Source of the DNA: an uncultured Eubacteriales bacterium
GTDB lineage: Bacteria > Bacillota > Clostridia > Oscillospirales > CAG-272
DNA length: 64,000 nt
Assembly (NCBI GenBank): GCA_900545935.1
Contig: URAP01000006.1
Coordinates: 2,669-66,668, forward strand
Direction: 5' to 3'
Below the pieces are notes generated by a model, which saw nothing but the letters and a program-made list of their open reading frames with translations, was not told where the DNA came from and made no database searches. The position numbers and the translations under genes were made by a program. Positions 1 through 9,485 of the stretch are shown in pieces (positions within the stretch are counted from its first letter, which is position 1; each line of letters opens with the position of its first letter).

Positions 1-1061
1 GGATAACGGTAAATAAAGCTGTAATAATAAGTATTGTGCCGTTCGAGTCCTGTGATGTTATTATACAGAACTCGAATTCGAAAAAGTGTCTTGACATTCA
101 GGACATTACCGTATCGGGTTCGGCTGCCATTATAAATACCTCGGATCTGGATGATTCTCAGAGGTGGCATTTGGAACTTTTGCGTGACGGAGGATATTAT
201 ATAACGTCTGTTAAGACCGGCAGGTATCTTACCGCTCCGAATACACCCATGCCTGAGCAGTCTATTACTGTCAAGGACAGCGTGCCGTCCACGGAGGGAA
301 TCTGGAGCTTTGAAAGAATTGATACCGGAAATCCGGATGAATATCGGTATAAGCTCCTTCCGAGGCATGCAGCGGGGCATCTTTCCCTCAATGCGAACTC
401 GACCGATGAAGGCGCAAGCCTCGTCGAGGGCAACTACAACGCAGAAAAGTCGACATGGCAGATCTATACCGTGAGCGATTATTCGATGTATCTGCGCGGA
501 TATGAGGACGGCGATACCAATATGCCTCCCATTCTTTCCGCTTGTCAGAACTCTATGAAAACAAATGCCGGACTCAGCGGCTGGGGTTCGACCGGCGCGA
601 CAAAGGCAGAAGTTATGCTCAATCTCACCACCACACGTATGGCGTTTTTCCTTACCCACGGAAACTATGCCGCCGTACAGCTGAATGCGACCGAGAATCT
701 TACTACGAGTGATCTCCAGAGCCTTGGAAATTCACTTTTCACAAATCTGAAATTCGTGTTCTACGGTGCATGCTCGACCGGTTCCGGCGGAGCAAGCTAT
801 AATCAGAACCTTATCAATGTCACCGGTTCGAAGGGAGTTGACTGTGTAGTCGGATACAGAGGATCAATTATGGTGTCCGAATGCAATGCGTTCTATGCTC
901 CGTTTGTTGAGGAGCTGTCTAACGGTTCAACCGTCGAGGAAGCGTTGGCTGTCGGTCATGAAGTGGCGCTTGAGAATGCGGCTGAGAACGGAAGAACTCC
1001 GTCTATGAAGCTCTCAACACTATGCTACTACGGCGATCTGACCGTTAAGCCCTGCGCATGA
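1..1061 (+). CDS. Ricin-type beta-trefoil lectin domain protein with a C-terminal His/Cys (caspase-fold-like) domain; the 5' end probably lies upstream of the window
   Basis: The frame is open from nt 3 to the TGA at 1059-1061, and the track start at 36 is only a GTG. There are three QxW-like trefoil signatures (SQRWHL, EGIWSF, STWQIY). The C-terminal half carries FFLTHGN (His codon 657-659) and FVFYGACSTG (Cys codon 771-773). Confidence 0.6.
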   Translation, partial: ITVNKAVIISIVPFESCDVIIQNSNSKKCLDIQDITVSGSAAIINTSDLDDSQRWHLELLRDGGYYITSVKTGRYLTAPNTPMPEQSITVKDSVPSTEGIWSFERIDTGNPDEYRYKLLPRHAAGHLSLNANSTDEGASLVEGNYNAEKSTWQIYTVSDYSMYLRGYEDGDTNMPPILSACQNSMKTNAGLSGWGSTGATKAEVMLNLTTTRMAFFLTHGNYAAVQLNATENLTTSDLQSLGNSLFTNLKFVFYGACSTGSGGASYNQNLINVTGSKGVDCVVGYRGSIMVSECNAFYAPFVEELSNGSTVEEALAVGHEVALENAAENGRTPSMKLSTLCYYGDLTVKPCA

Positions 1062-1074
1062 AAGGAGCTGCAAA

Positions 1075-2052
1075 ATGAAAAGAACGTATAAATTATTGCT
1101 GACTACCGCTGCTGCCGCGCTTATAACCGTATCTGCCATTTCGGCGAGCGTATTACTGACAAAGCCCGCTGCGAGTGCATTTGATAGCGGATATGTCGCG
1201 GTGGATGCCACCTCCGACGACGCTATGGGCTGGCTCGGACTTGAGCATGACGGTGCGCTCGATATCAGAGACGGTTATACCGAGACTGTGGATGCGGATA
1301 TTGCCTCCGAGCGTGTTCTTCAGCTCTACGGCAAGAGTGTAAGAGCACGCTATGACGGCTCTGTTACCGACAGTCACAGCAGATTCGGCTACGATATCTA
1401 TCGCATTGCGGACATTGATGATTATTTTGCCGGTCACGAGGCGGAGTATGCCGCAGCCGGCTACGGGGAGCGCAAGATCGAGAAGCTGAAGGAGAAGGAT
1501 ATGTATGGCAAGGTTTTGATCGACAGAGCCGACGGCACTGTTCGCTCATTCTTCCTCCCGATACTTATCGATCTTGACGGCGCGAACGATGATGAGGGTG
1601 TAAAGACTGCTGCTATGGACTGGCTCAGCCGATATGTCGATACGGCAAAATATAACAACGTTGCCGTCAGCAGCATCGGCTCGCGTTATGAGATCATCGC
1701 AAGGAGTATTGCGGCAAACGGACTCGAACTCGAGAATATGTGTCTCGCGGTAACGGCAAACGGCGTTGTCAGTGCTATAACCCGCAATCCCGTTCATTAC
1801 GCGGATGAGGCAGCGGCGCTCGGCAGCACGGTTATCGAGAATGCAAGAGCGGCGGCAGATGCAAAGCTCGCCGCGGTAATCGGCGAGAACGGATATACGC
1901 TTGACGGCAGTACCGTGACCTCCGCACAGTATTCAGAGTACGACGGTCGACCGATGATAATGTTCAGCTACGAGCTTACCGCACATGACGCGGATGATGC
2001 CGAGGCTGAGTCGTACAGCGACCTTGTGGATATTGCGGTCTTTGCCGACTGA
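1075..2052 (+). CDS. Membrane-anchored or secreted hypothetical protein
   Basis: An AAGGAG SD sits 8 nt upstream of the ATG and 14 nt after the upstream stop. The N-terminus is a signal/anchor (KLLLTTAAAALITVSAISASVLL). I recognise no family. Confidence 0.6.
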   Translation: MKRTYKLLLTTAAAALITVSAISASVLLTKPAASAFDSGYVAVDATSDDAMGWLGLEHDGALDIRDGYTETVDADIASERVLQLYGKSVRARYDGSVTDSHSRFGYDIYRIADIDDYFAGHEAEYAAAGYGERKIEKLKEKDMYGKVLIDRADGTVRSFFLPILIDLDGANDDEGVKTAAMDWLSRYVDTAKYNNVAVSSIGSRYEIIARSIAANGLELENMCLAVTANGVVSAITRNPVHYADEAAALGSTVIENARAAADAKLAAVIGENGYTLDGSTVTSAQYSEYDGRPMIMFSYELTAHDADDAEAESYSDLVDIAVFAD

Positions 2053-2490
2053 AGCCATACATTGTTGCAGAATACCGAAATGATGAGACAGCCCTCGGGG
2101 AATACTCCGGGGGCTGCAATTATTTATATATGTTTGGGTCTGCGATTTTGCCTGTTTTGCAGAGGATACGACAAAAATATCTGAATTTTTGTCGATATCG
2201 GTAGACGGAATAATAGAGTTTGTATATAGGTCGGAATCTGTGCTGTCGCATGGTTTGTGTGATAATTACGAATATTATAAAAAATGGCTCTGAATATTGA
2301 CTGATATAGGATGATATGATATATTAATATTGTAAATCACATTATACTATGTAGGACATTATAATAATACGCGTATATCGAAATTTCGGGTCGGACTTAT
2401 GCTCGGCTTGCGGTACGGAAAGCGCAGAGGCTGAAATGCAGTGATCATAGCCTCCGATGAATACGTAAAGGGCGAAACGGCTGAGACACA

Positions 2491-2526
2491 AAATATAAAA
2501 TGAGCCGCCCCGTAAGGAGCGGCTCA
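2491..2526 (-). terminator. Intrinsic terminator of gap
   Basis: TGAGCCGC-10 nt-GCGGCTCA, followed on the minus strand by TTTTATATTT. Confidence 0.7.
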
Positions 2527-2587
2527 CAATAATCAACCTTGCCGGTGAACCCTGCCTTATGCAGCGCCCGCCGTGACTTGGCAGAAC

Positions 2588-3619
2588 TTACGCAAGCTCT
2601 GCGAAGTACTTGATGGTACGAACCATCTGGCTGGTGTAGGAGTTCTCGTTGTCGTACCAAGAAACGACCTGTACCTGATAGGTGTCGTCGTCGATCTTGG
2701 ATACCATTGTCTGAGTAGCATCGAAGAGAGAGCCGTAACGCATACCGATAACGTCGGAGGAAACGATCTCGTCGGTGTTGTAACCGAAGGACTCGGTAGC
2801 GGCAGCCTTCATAGCGTCGTTGATGGATTCCTTGGTAACGTCCTTGCCCTTAACGACAGCAACGAGAATGGTGGTCGAGCCGGTAGGAGTAGGAACGCGC
2901 TGAGCGGAGCCGATGAGCTTGCCGTTCAGCTCGGGGATAACAAGACCGATGGCCTTAGCTGCACCGGTGGAGTTAGGAACGATGTTCTGAGCGCCTGCTC
3001 TGGAGCGGCGGAGGTCACCCTTTCTCTGAGGACCGTCGAGGATCATCTGGTCGCCGGTGTAAGCATGAACGGTGGTCATGATACCGGAAACGATCGGGTA
3101 GGTATCGTTAAGAGCCTTAGCCATAGGAGCGAGGCAGTTGGTGGTGCAGGATGCAGCGGAGATGATCTTATCCTCGGTGGTAAGCTCCTTGTGGTTTACG
3201 TTGTAAACGATGGTCTTAAGATCGTTGCCTGCGGGAGCGGAGATAACGACCTTCTTAGCGCCTGCGTTGATGTGAGCCATGGACTTCTCCTTAGAGGTGT
3301 AGAAGCCGGTGCACTCAAGAACAACGTCAACACCGAGCTTGCCCCACGGGCAGGTGTTAGCGTCCTTCTCAGCATAGATCTTGATCTCCTTGCCGTCAAC
3401 GATGATGGAATCATCGGTAGCGGATACGGTGTGCTTGCCCTCGCCGATCTTGCCGCAGAAGGAGCCCTGAGCGGTATCGTACTTAAGAAGGTGAGCGAGC
3501 ATCTTCGGGCTGGTGAGGTCGTTGATAGCAACTACTTCGTAGCCCTCAGCGTCAAACATCTGACGGAAAGCAAGACGACCGATACGGCCGAAGCCGTTAA
3601 TGGCAACTTTAACTGACAT
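2588..3619 (-). CDS. gap: Type I glyceraldehyde-3-phosphate dehydrogenase
   Basis: N-terminal NAD-binding motif [11 protein letters not shown], catalytic SCTTNC motif, and full length of 343 aa. Confidence 0.95.
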   Translation of the reverse strand: MSVKVAINGFGRIGRLAFRQMFDAEGYEVVAINDLTSPKMLAHLLKYDTAQGSFCGKIGEGKHTVSATDDSIIVDGKEIKIYAEKDANTCPWGKLGVDVVLECTGFYTSKEKSMAHINAGAKKVVISAPAGNDLKTIVYNVNHKELTTEDKIISAASCTTNCLAPMAKALNDTYPIVSGIMTTVHAYTGDQMILDGPQRKGDLRRSRAGAQNIVPNSTGAAKAIGLVIPELNGKLIGSAQRVPTPTGSTTILVAVVKGKDVTKESINDAMKAAATESFGYNTDEIVSSDVIGMRYGSLFDATQTMVSKIDDDTYQVQVVSWYDNENSYTSQMVRTIKYFAELA

Positions 3620-3974
3620 AGTAATATCCTCCGATTGAGTAATTATTGTAATATATTTTTACACGGGTATTGTACCTCTTTTTCCGCGCATTTACAAGGC
3701 ATTATTGAAATTATTTTTATTTTTGTTACATTTATACTACTATAATTACGTAAATGCCGCGGATTTCGGCGGCGTGGCGTTCTTTACGGGAAGAATCTTA
3801 CTTTTGCGCGGCAACGCTGATATTTTTGTGTGCGGAAAGCCGCCGCAATATGTGCCGAAATGACGGCATAGGTGAGCCACGGATCTGCCCGCAGAGCACA
3901 GCTTCGGGGGATGCATGGGGGCTTGAATAGGAACTCGCAAGCGGATTTTGCCTTCTGTCGTTTGCACGTGTCGT

Positions 3975-3998
3975 ATTATTGCTTATAAAAGCAATAAT
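3975..3998. promoter_or_regulatory. Perfect 10-bp inverted repeat (candidate operator) in the gap / 4163 divergent region
   Basis: ATTATTGCTT-ataa-AAGCAATAAT. Confidence 0.3.
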
Positions 3999-4042
3999 TG
4001 ACGAGAAAAAACAAAAAAACAATAAAATGATGAATTTTGTAT

Positions 4043-4071
4043 TTGAAATTTTGAGGAAAATATACTATAAT
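4043..4071 (+). promoter_or_regulatory. Sigma-A-type promoter for the 4163 gene
   Basis: TTGAAA (4043-4048), a 17-nt spacer, then TATAAT (4066-4071). Confidence 0.6.
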
Positions 4072-4162
4072 ATGTGTAATACAAGATGCGGCCGGAGAGA
4101 CGGTGCAGCGTGGCTGTGCGGTGCGCGGCGGGCGAATGTCCGAACCTGAGGAGGTAGTTTTT

Positions 4163-5194
4163 ATGGATGTTGAACTTACAGTAACGCCGATAATTGTCTT
4201 AGGCGACGGTGATCGTATTATATATAAAAATGCAGCGGCGAAAAAGCTGCTGCCCTTTTGTCGAAAAGGCACGACGATAAACCGATATCTGTCATATACC
4301 GGAGAGAGCCGGTATCTCGACCTTGTCAGGCAGAGTGAGGGGTGTGCAATAATCGAGCTGTCCGAGTCGCTCGGGCGCTGCTATCGCGCGCTCACGGTTC
4401 GGCGCGACGGCGTTGTTGTAATGACGTTCCTGCCGATACTTCAGGGCGGTGCAAAGGATGTGCTTGCAGAGTACGCAGAGACGCTATCGTTTGCCGCCTC
4501 TGACGGAATAATGGACTTTGTTCTGCGCTCGAGCGATTTTGTAGATCGTCCAGCGCCCGCCGCCGCATGGAATTATACGCGAAGAAATACGACGCTCTAC
4601 GAGTTCTCCCGTGAAATATGCACGGGGTCCTCCTGTATGTCGCTGCCGCTCTCGAGCACGCTCAAGCGCATTACCGAGTCACTTTCCGCGAGACTCGCAC
4701 TGCTGAGCCTGAGATTCAGAATAACCATGCGCGGAAGTGCCGTTCAGCTCACGCCGATAACCGATATTGCTGCGTTTGTTTATGCGTTTATTCCCACGGC
4801 GCTTATGATATGCGAGGCATCCGGCGGCGCATGCTGTGCCGATATAGAATGCTACGGAGAGACGGCGGGCGTCAAGATATCCGGAAATGTCGGGAATTTT
4901 GTTCTGCCGGATGATGTTTCGACGCTCGCAGAGCTCGGAGAATTGCTCGGCGGCAATATGCCGATGCTGATAATAGGCGATGCCGCCATTATCTCTGCCG
5001 GTGCCGACCTGAGAATGACACAGTCTGACAGTGATTTTGCCGTGGAGATGATATTCCCGATGAAGTCGGTCATACCCTCGCATCTGTTTTCACCGAAGGA
5101 AGAGCAGTCACTCACAGAGCGTTTTTTTGCGTCGATAGAGAGTACTATCGGTATGATAGGTGCCGAGGCAGAGATCCCGGGGCGCGGCGAGTGA
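4163..5194 (+). CDS. Hypothetical cytoplasmic protein with a PAS-like N-terminus
   Basis: A GAGGAGG SD (4148-4154) precedes the ATG at 4163, which I prefer to the GTG at 4103. The N-terminus IIVLGDGDRIIYKNAAAKKLL resembles a PAS core. The remainder is unrecognised. Confidence 0.55.
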   Translation: MDVELTVTPIIVLGDGDRIIYKNAAAKKLLPFCRKGTTINRYLSYTGESRYLDLVRQSEGCAIIELSESLGRCYRALTVRRDGVVVMTFLPILQGGAKDVLAEYAETLSFAASDGIMDFVLRSSDFVDRPAPAAAWNYTRRNTTLYEFSREICTGSSCMSLPLSSTLKRITESLSARLALLSLRFRITMRGSAVQLTPITDIAAFVYAFIPTALMICEASGGACCADIECYGETAGVKISGNVGNFVLPDDVSTLAELGELLGGNMPMLIIGDAAIISAGADLRMTQSDSDFAVEMIFPMKSVIPSHLFSPKEEQSLTERFFASIESTIGMIGAEAEIPGRGE

Positions 5195-5294
5195 TGCGTA
5201 TCCGAAATGCCTGAGCGTGTATCTGCATAATGCTTCGAATGTTTTTTTCTTTGTGTCGTGCTGCATATCGAGTATCGGATAATATCTTAAGTAT

Positions 5295-5334
5295 AAAAAT
5301 ACCGTCTGTGTGGTGAAGCACAGACGGTATTTTT
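5295..5334. terminator. Bidirectional terminator between the 4163 gene and livF
   Basis: AAAAATACCGTCTGTG-8 nt-CACAGACGGTATTTTT. Confidence 0.8.
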
Positions 5335-5486
5335 AATACATTTGGCGATGAATCGGAAAGCAGTATCCGTCCGCCGCTCGAGTGACAGCATCGCTTTAAC
5401 AAATGCTTGAGCGGATTCAATGGATTCAATGCTCGTCATCGCCGCTTGATTATTAAATTTTCAAGACGGTTATTTAGTCCTTACTG

Positions 5487-6200
5487 TTATTTAGCCTTTC
5501 CGAGATATGCTTCCTTAACCGACTCGTTATGCAGCAGCTCGTCTCCGGTGCCGGTGAGTGTAAGCCTACCGGTCTCGATAACATAGCCGTAGTCGGCTAT
5601 CTTAAGCGCAAGATTGGCGTTCTGCTCGTTGAGAAGAACGGTGATGCCCGCCTTGTTGATGGTAACGATGATATCAAAGATATCGCGTACGACAAGCGGT
5701 GCAAGTCCGAGCGACGGCTCATCCATCATAATTAGCTTCGGACGGCTCATCAGTGCGCGCCCGACCGCGAGCATCTGCTGCTCACCTCCGGAGAGCGTTC
5801 CTGCATGCTGCCAGTGACGCTCACGCAGACGCGGGAAGAGAGAGTAGACATATTCGAGATCGTTGCTGAGCTTATCCTTGCGCAGATATGCGCCTATCTT
5901 CAGGTTCTCGAGGACGGTAAGGTTCGGGAAAACTCTGCGTCCCTCGGGGACGAGAGTTACGCCGCGTGCGACTATCTTATCCGGGGACAGTCCCACAATG
6001 CTCTCTCCGTTCAGGAGAATGTCACCGCTTGTGGGGCGTACGATTCCCGATACAGAGCGGAGAATGGTCGATTTACCCGCGCCGTTTGCACCGATGAGGG
6101 TGATTATCTTCCCCTCCTGGACATTCATTGAGATGCCGTCTACTGCGCGAATGCCGCCGAAGCGAACATTCAGGTCTTTTATTTCAAGAATATTACTCAT
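5487..6200 (-). CDS. livF: Branched-chain amino acid ABC transporter, ATP-binding protein
   Basis: Walker A GANGAGKST, signature LSGGEQQ, LivF-like length, and an 8-nt overlap with livG. Confidence 0.9.
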   Translation of the reverse strand: MSNILEIKDLNVRFGGIRAVDGISMNVQEGKIITLIGANGAGKSTILRSVSGIVRPTSGDILLNGESIVGLSPDKIVARGVTLVPEGRRVFPNLTVLENLKIGAYLRKDKLSNDLEYVYSLFPRLRERHWQHAGTLSGGEQQMLAVGRALMSRPKLIMMDEPSLGLAPLVVRDIFDIIVTINKAGITVLLNEQNANLALKIADYGYVIETGRLTLTGTGDELLHNESVKEAYLGKAK

Positions 6201-7038
6201 CTTCGTCTACTACCCCCAGATATGCCTCGATAACGCGCGGGTTTGCCTGTATCTCCGCAGGCGTTCCCTCCGCTATCTCCTTGCCGAAGTCGATAACATA
6301 GATGCGGTCGGAGATGTCCATGACGAGGTTCATATGGTGCTCTATGAGCAGGATGGTGATATTGAACTTTGCGCGGATATCGTGGATAAACGCGGTCAAC
6401 TCCTCGGTCTCCTGCGGGTTCATTCCCGCTGCGGGCTCGTCGAGCAGCAGCAGCGACGGCTGCGTTGCGAGCGCACGGGCTATCTCGAGCTTGCGCTGCT
6501 TGCCGTAGGGCAGGCTCGTTGCGAGCTCGTCCTTGACATCCTCAAGCTCCACAAGGCGCAGCAGCTCGAGCGTTTCTTCACGCATTCTGCGCTCCTCGCG
6601 GTAGTTAAGGCGAAATGTCGCGGTCAAGAAGTTGGAGGTGCGGCGGAGGTGCTTTGCGGTCAAAACGTTGTCGAACACCGTCATTGACTTGAACAGCCGT
6701 ATATTCTGAAATGTTCTCGCCATACCGAGCTTTGTCAGCTTATCGGGCGTTTTTGTTATTACAGAATGATACTTGCCGAGATTTTCGCCGGCATATAGGC
6801 GGCGCATCTTACCGTGCGGATGATTTTCGATTATCTTTTCGCCGCAGAAGCTGATGCAGCCGTTCGTCGGCTCGTATTCGCCGGTGATCACGTTAAAGGC
6901 GGTTGTCTTTCCTGCACCGTTAGGACCGATGAGGGCGACTATCTCGCCGCGGTTGACATCCATCGTCAGGTTGTTGACGGCGACAACGCCGCCGAACTGC
7001 ATTGTTATGTTTTCTACGTGCAGAACATTTTCGCTCAT
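6193..7038 (-). CDS. livG: Branched-chain amino acid ABC transporter, ATP-binding protein
   Basis: Walker A GPNGAGKTT, the LivG-type insertion, and the C-terminal IEAYLG motif. Confidence 0.9.
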   Translation of the reverse strand: MSENVLHVENITMQFGGVVAVNNLTMDVNRGEIVALIGPNGAGKTTAFNVITGEYEPTNGCISFCGEKIIENHPHGKMRRLYAGENLGKYHSVITKTPDKLTKLGMARTFQNIRLFKSMTVFDNVLTAKHLRRTSNFLTATFRLNYREERRMREETLELLRLVELEDVKDELATSLPYGKQRKLEIARALATQPSLLLLDEPAAGMNPQETEELTAFIHDIRAKFNITILLIEHHMNLVMDISDRIYVIDFGKEIAEGTPAEIQANPRVIEAYLGVVDEDE

Positions 7039-8126
7039 TATCGCGCGTCCTCCTTTGCGGTCTTTTTGCCCTTACCGGAGAAGAATCTGCCTATCCGGAC
7101 GCAGCTGTCGTATACCGATATTTCTCTCGTTCCCATGATACCTCGGCGGAAGAAGAGCACAACTATCATGATGAGCACCGAGAATACGACCATACGGAAG
7201 CCGGGGCCGAGCAGCGGAACATTCTCGTTCTCGAGGTCGAGAAATTTCAGCCACCACTCGGAGGAGGCATAGTAGATAAACGACGCGATAAGCGAGCCGG
7301 ATATCGAGCCGATACCGCCGATAACTACGACGAGCAGTATCTGATAGGTCATTGCAGAGGTGAAGGATACCGAGGAAACGGCAGAGTTGCACATTGCAAA
7401 CATTGCACCCGCAATGCCGCAGAAGAAGGAGCTTGTCACGAAGGACAGCCGCTTGTGGTGGGCGAGGTTGATGCCCATTGCTTCGGCTGCTATCTCATCG
7501 TCGCGAATAGCCTTGAAGGCTCTGCCGTAGGTCGAGTTTATCAGTAGGACTATAATGCATATGCACACACCCGCGAGCGCGGCGTATACCATTATGTTCT
7601 TAGGCGATGTAAAGTTGTTTATCGGGTCGGGTCCGTTCGTGACGGGTCCGAACTGCGTCAGCTGAACGAGTCCGCGCACTATCTCCGCAAAGCCGAGTGT
7701 GGCTATTGCGAGGTAGTCGGACTTGAGGCGCAGTACCGGCAGACCGATGAGAAACGCGAAGAAAGCGGCGACAAGACCTGCGAGCAGCAGCGCGACTATC
7801 ATCGGCAGCTTGAAGTTGACGATGCTGTCTCCGTAGTTGCGGAATACGGTGGTGCGCATGTCGGCAGCGATGGTAAAGACGGAGTATGTATACGCGCCGA
7901 GCAGCATAAAGCCCGCCTGACCGAGCGAGAACAGTCCCGTAAAGCCGTTGAGTAGGTTCATTGCGACCGCCGCAAGAGCAAAGGTGCAGACCTTACGCAG
8001 CACCGAAAACCACATCGAGGTGGCGGGCGCGGTGTACTGTATGATCATGAAAACGCCGAAGATCACGAGAACGAGTATAAGGTTGCAGATGGTTCTCTTG
8101 TATCTGTCCCAGAATGAGGTTTTCAT
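7038..8126 (-). CDS. livM: Branched-chain amino acid ABC transporter permease
   Basis: Polytopic membrane protein whose stop overlaps the livG start. LivM-like LSLGQAGFMLLGAYT motif. Confidence 0.85.
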   Translation of the reverse strand: MKTSFWDRYKRTICNLILVLVIFGVFMIIQYTAPATSMWFSVLRKVCTFALAAVAMNLLNGFTGLFSLGQAGFMLLGAYTYSVFTIAADMRTTVFRNYGDSIVNFKLPMIVALLLAGLVAAFFAFLIGLPVLRLKSDYLAIATLGFAEIVRGLVQLTQFGPVTNGPDPINNFTSPKNIMVYAALAGVCICIIVLLINSTYGRAFKAIRDDEIAAEAMGINLAHHKRLSFVTSSFFCGIAGAMFAMCNSAVSSVSFTSAMTYQILLVVVIGGIGSISGSLIASFIYYASSEWWLKFLDLENENVPLLGPGFRMVVFSVLIMIVVLFFRRGIMGTREISVYDSCVRIGRFFSGKGKKTAKEDAR

Positions 8127-8129
8127 ATA

Positions 8130-9011
8130 TCACACCTTCTCTCTTGTCTGCTCGCCGAAGATGCCGTTTGGCTTTACAACGAGAATGATTATGAGCAGGG
8201 CAAAGGAGATAACGTCGGCAAAGTCGGCGAGTCCGAATGCCCTTGCAAGGCTCTCTACGATACCGATTATTATCGCGCCCACGACCGCGCCGGGAACAGA
8301 GCCGATACCGCCGACGACCGCAGCGATGAACGCTTTGATTCCGGGGGTGGAGCCGGCGAGATGGTTGATTCCCGAGTTCTTGGAAAAGTAGAGCAGCGAG
8401 CCTGCGGCTGCAAGGAATGCGCCGATGGCAAAGGTTATCGAGATAACGCGGTTTATCTTGATGCCCATGAGCTGCGAGGTCTCGAAGTCACGTGATACCG
8501 CGCGCATCGACATACCGAATTTTGTATGATTGATGATGAGCACGAGTATTACGGTGAGCACTATCGCGACCACCGGAGAAAGGAATACCGATATCTTGTC
8601 CTTTACTCCGAACAGCACAAAGCTGTCGCTCAGGAACGGGAGGGCGGGAAACTGCTTGGACATACCACCGGTAACGTATGCGACGACATTCTGAAGCAGG
8701 TAGGAAACGCCGATAGCCGAGATCATTACCGACATACGCGGTGCTGAGCGGAGCGGCGAATATGCACATTTTTCGATAAGAAAGCCTATCAGTACCGTAA
8801 GCGCAATCATAATGATGATGGCGACGAGCGGCGGCATGGTTGGGAAGTCCGCCATCAGATAGATCAGCAGCATACCGGATACCATAAACAGATCGCCGTG
8901 GGCAAAGTTTATGAGTTTAAGTATGCCGTAGACCATGGTATAGCCGATGGCGACGAGCGCAAACTGACCGCCGGTCGCGAGACCGCGGATCAGGTATGGC
9001 ATAATATTCAT
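8130..9011 (-). CDS. livH: Branched-chain amino acid ABC transporter permease
   Basis: The internal ATG at 9011 (MNIMPYLIRGLATGG) gives a canonical LivH N-terminus. The 51-codon upstream extension in the track is Arg/Cys-rich and not protein-like. Confidence 0.85.
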   Translation of the reverse strand: MNIMPYLIRGLATGGQFALVAIGYTMVYGILKLINFAHGDLFMVSGMLLIYLMADFPTMPPLVAIIIMIALTVLIGFLIEKCAYSPLRSAPRMSVMISAIGVSYLLQNVVAYVTGGMSKQFPALPFLSDSFVLFGVKDKISVFLSPVVAIVLTVILVLIINHTKFGMSMRAVSRDFETSQLMGIKINRVISITFAIGAFLAAAGSLLYFSKNSGINHLAGSTPGIKAFIAAVVGGIGSVPGAVVGAIIIGIVESLARAFGLADFADVISFALLIIILVVKPNGIFGEQTREKV

Positions 9012-9231
9012 GGGCTTTTTAGGTCCTTTCGGTTTGATCGTTGTTCGGATATGCGGCGGCGTATGCGCACGGCGCACACAGCAGCGCGCACACAGAATAT
9101 ATCGGGGGGTGCCGTACACCGCAGCCGCAGCTGTGTGTACATTGCTGTGTGTAAGGCAATACACGGAGTATATCTTTACGCCTTATAACGCAGGCGGCAT
9201 ATCCTTATAGCTGGAAATACAGCCGTATAAT

Positions 9232-9278
9232 CGCAGCCGCGGCGGTACACCGCATGGGTGTATCGCCGCGGCACTGCG
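9232..9278 (-). promoter_or_regulatory. Hairpin of about 20 bp in the binding-protein/livH intercistronic spacer
   Basis: CGCAG-CCGCGGCG-GTACACC ... GGTGTAT-CGCCGCGG-ca-CTGCG. No U-tract follows on the minus strand. Confidence 0.5.
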
Positions 9279-9485
9279 AGTTATAGCCGTAGACTGCCGT
9301 AGGCAGCTATTCTTTTGGGGTATCGGCTGTCAAAAAACTCGTAATTTTACAGCCGCGAATCGGTTGTGGATAGATAAAAATGCCCGGGAAAATGTTCTGA
9401 GTGATGCCCGCAGCATAGTATTTCTGCTGTGCTAAAGCGGGATAGTCAATTTTTTGCCCCGACTTTTTTTCATACCCTCAGAGGA

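Noticed and set aside
9012-9164. N-terminal extensions offered by the ORF track: livH from 9164, the sugar ATPase from 16052, GH2 from 50186, ldhA from 38053, the binding protein from 10862, pyrI from 31630, and HTH-glmM from 60647.
   Set aside because: The extensions lack SD sequences and look non-proteinaceous. Internal ATGs preceded by GGAGG-type SDs give canonical family N-termini or signal peptides.
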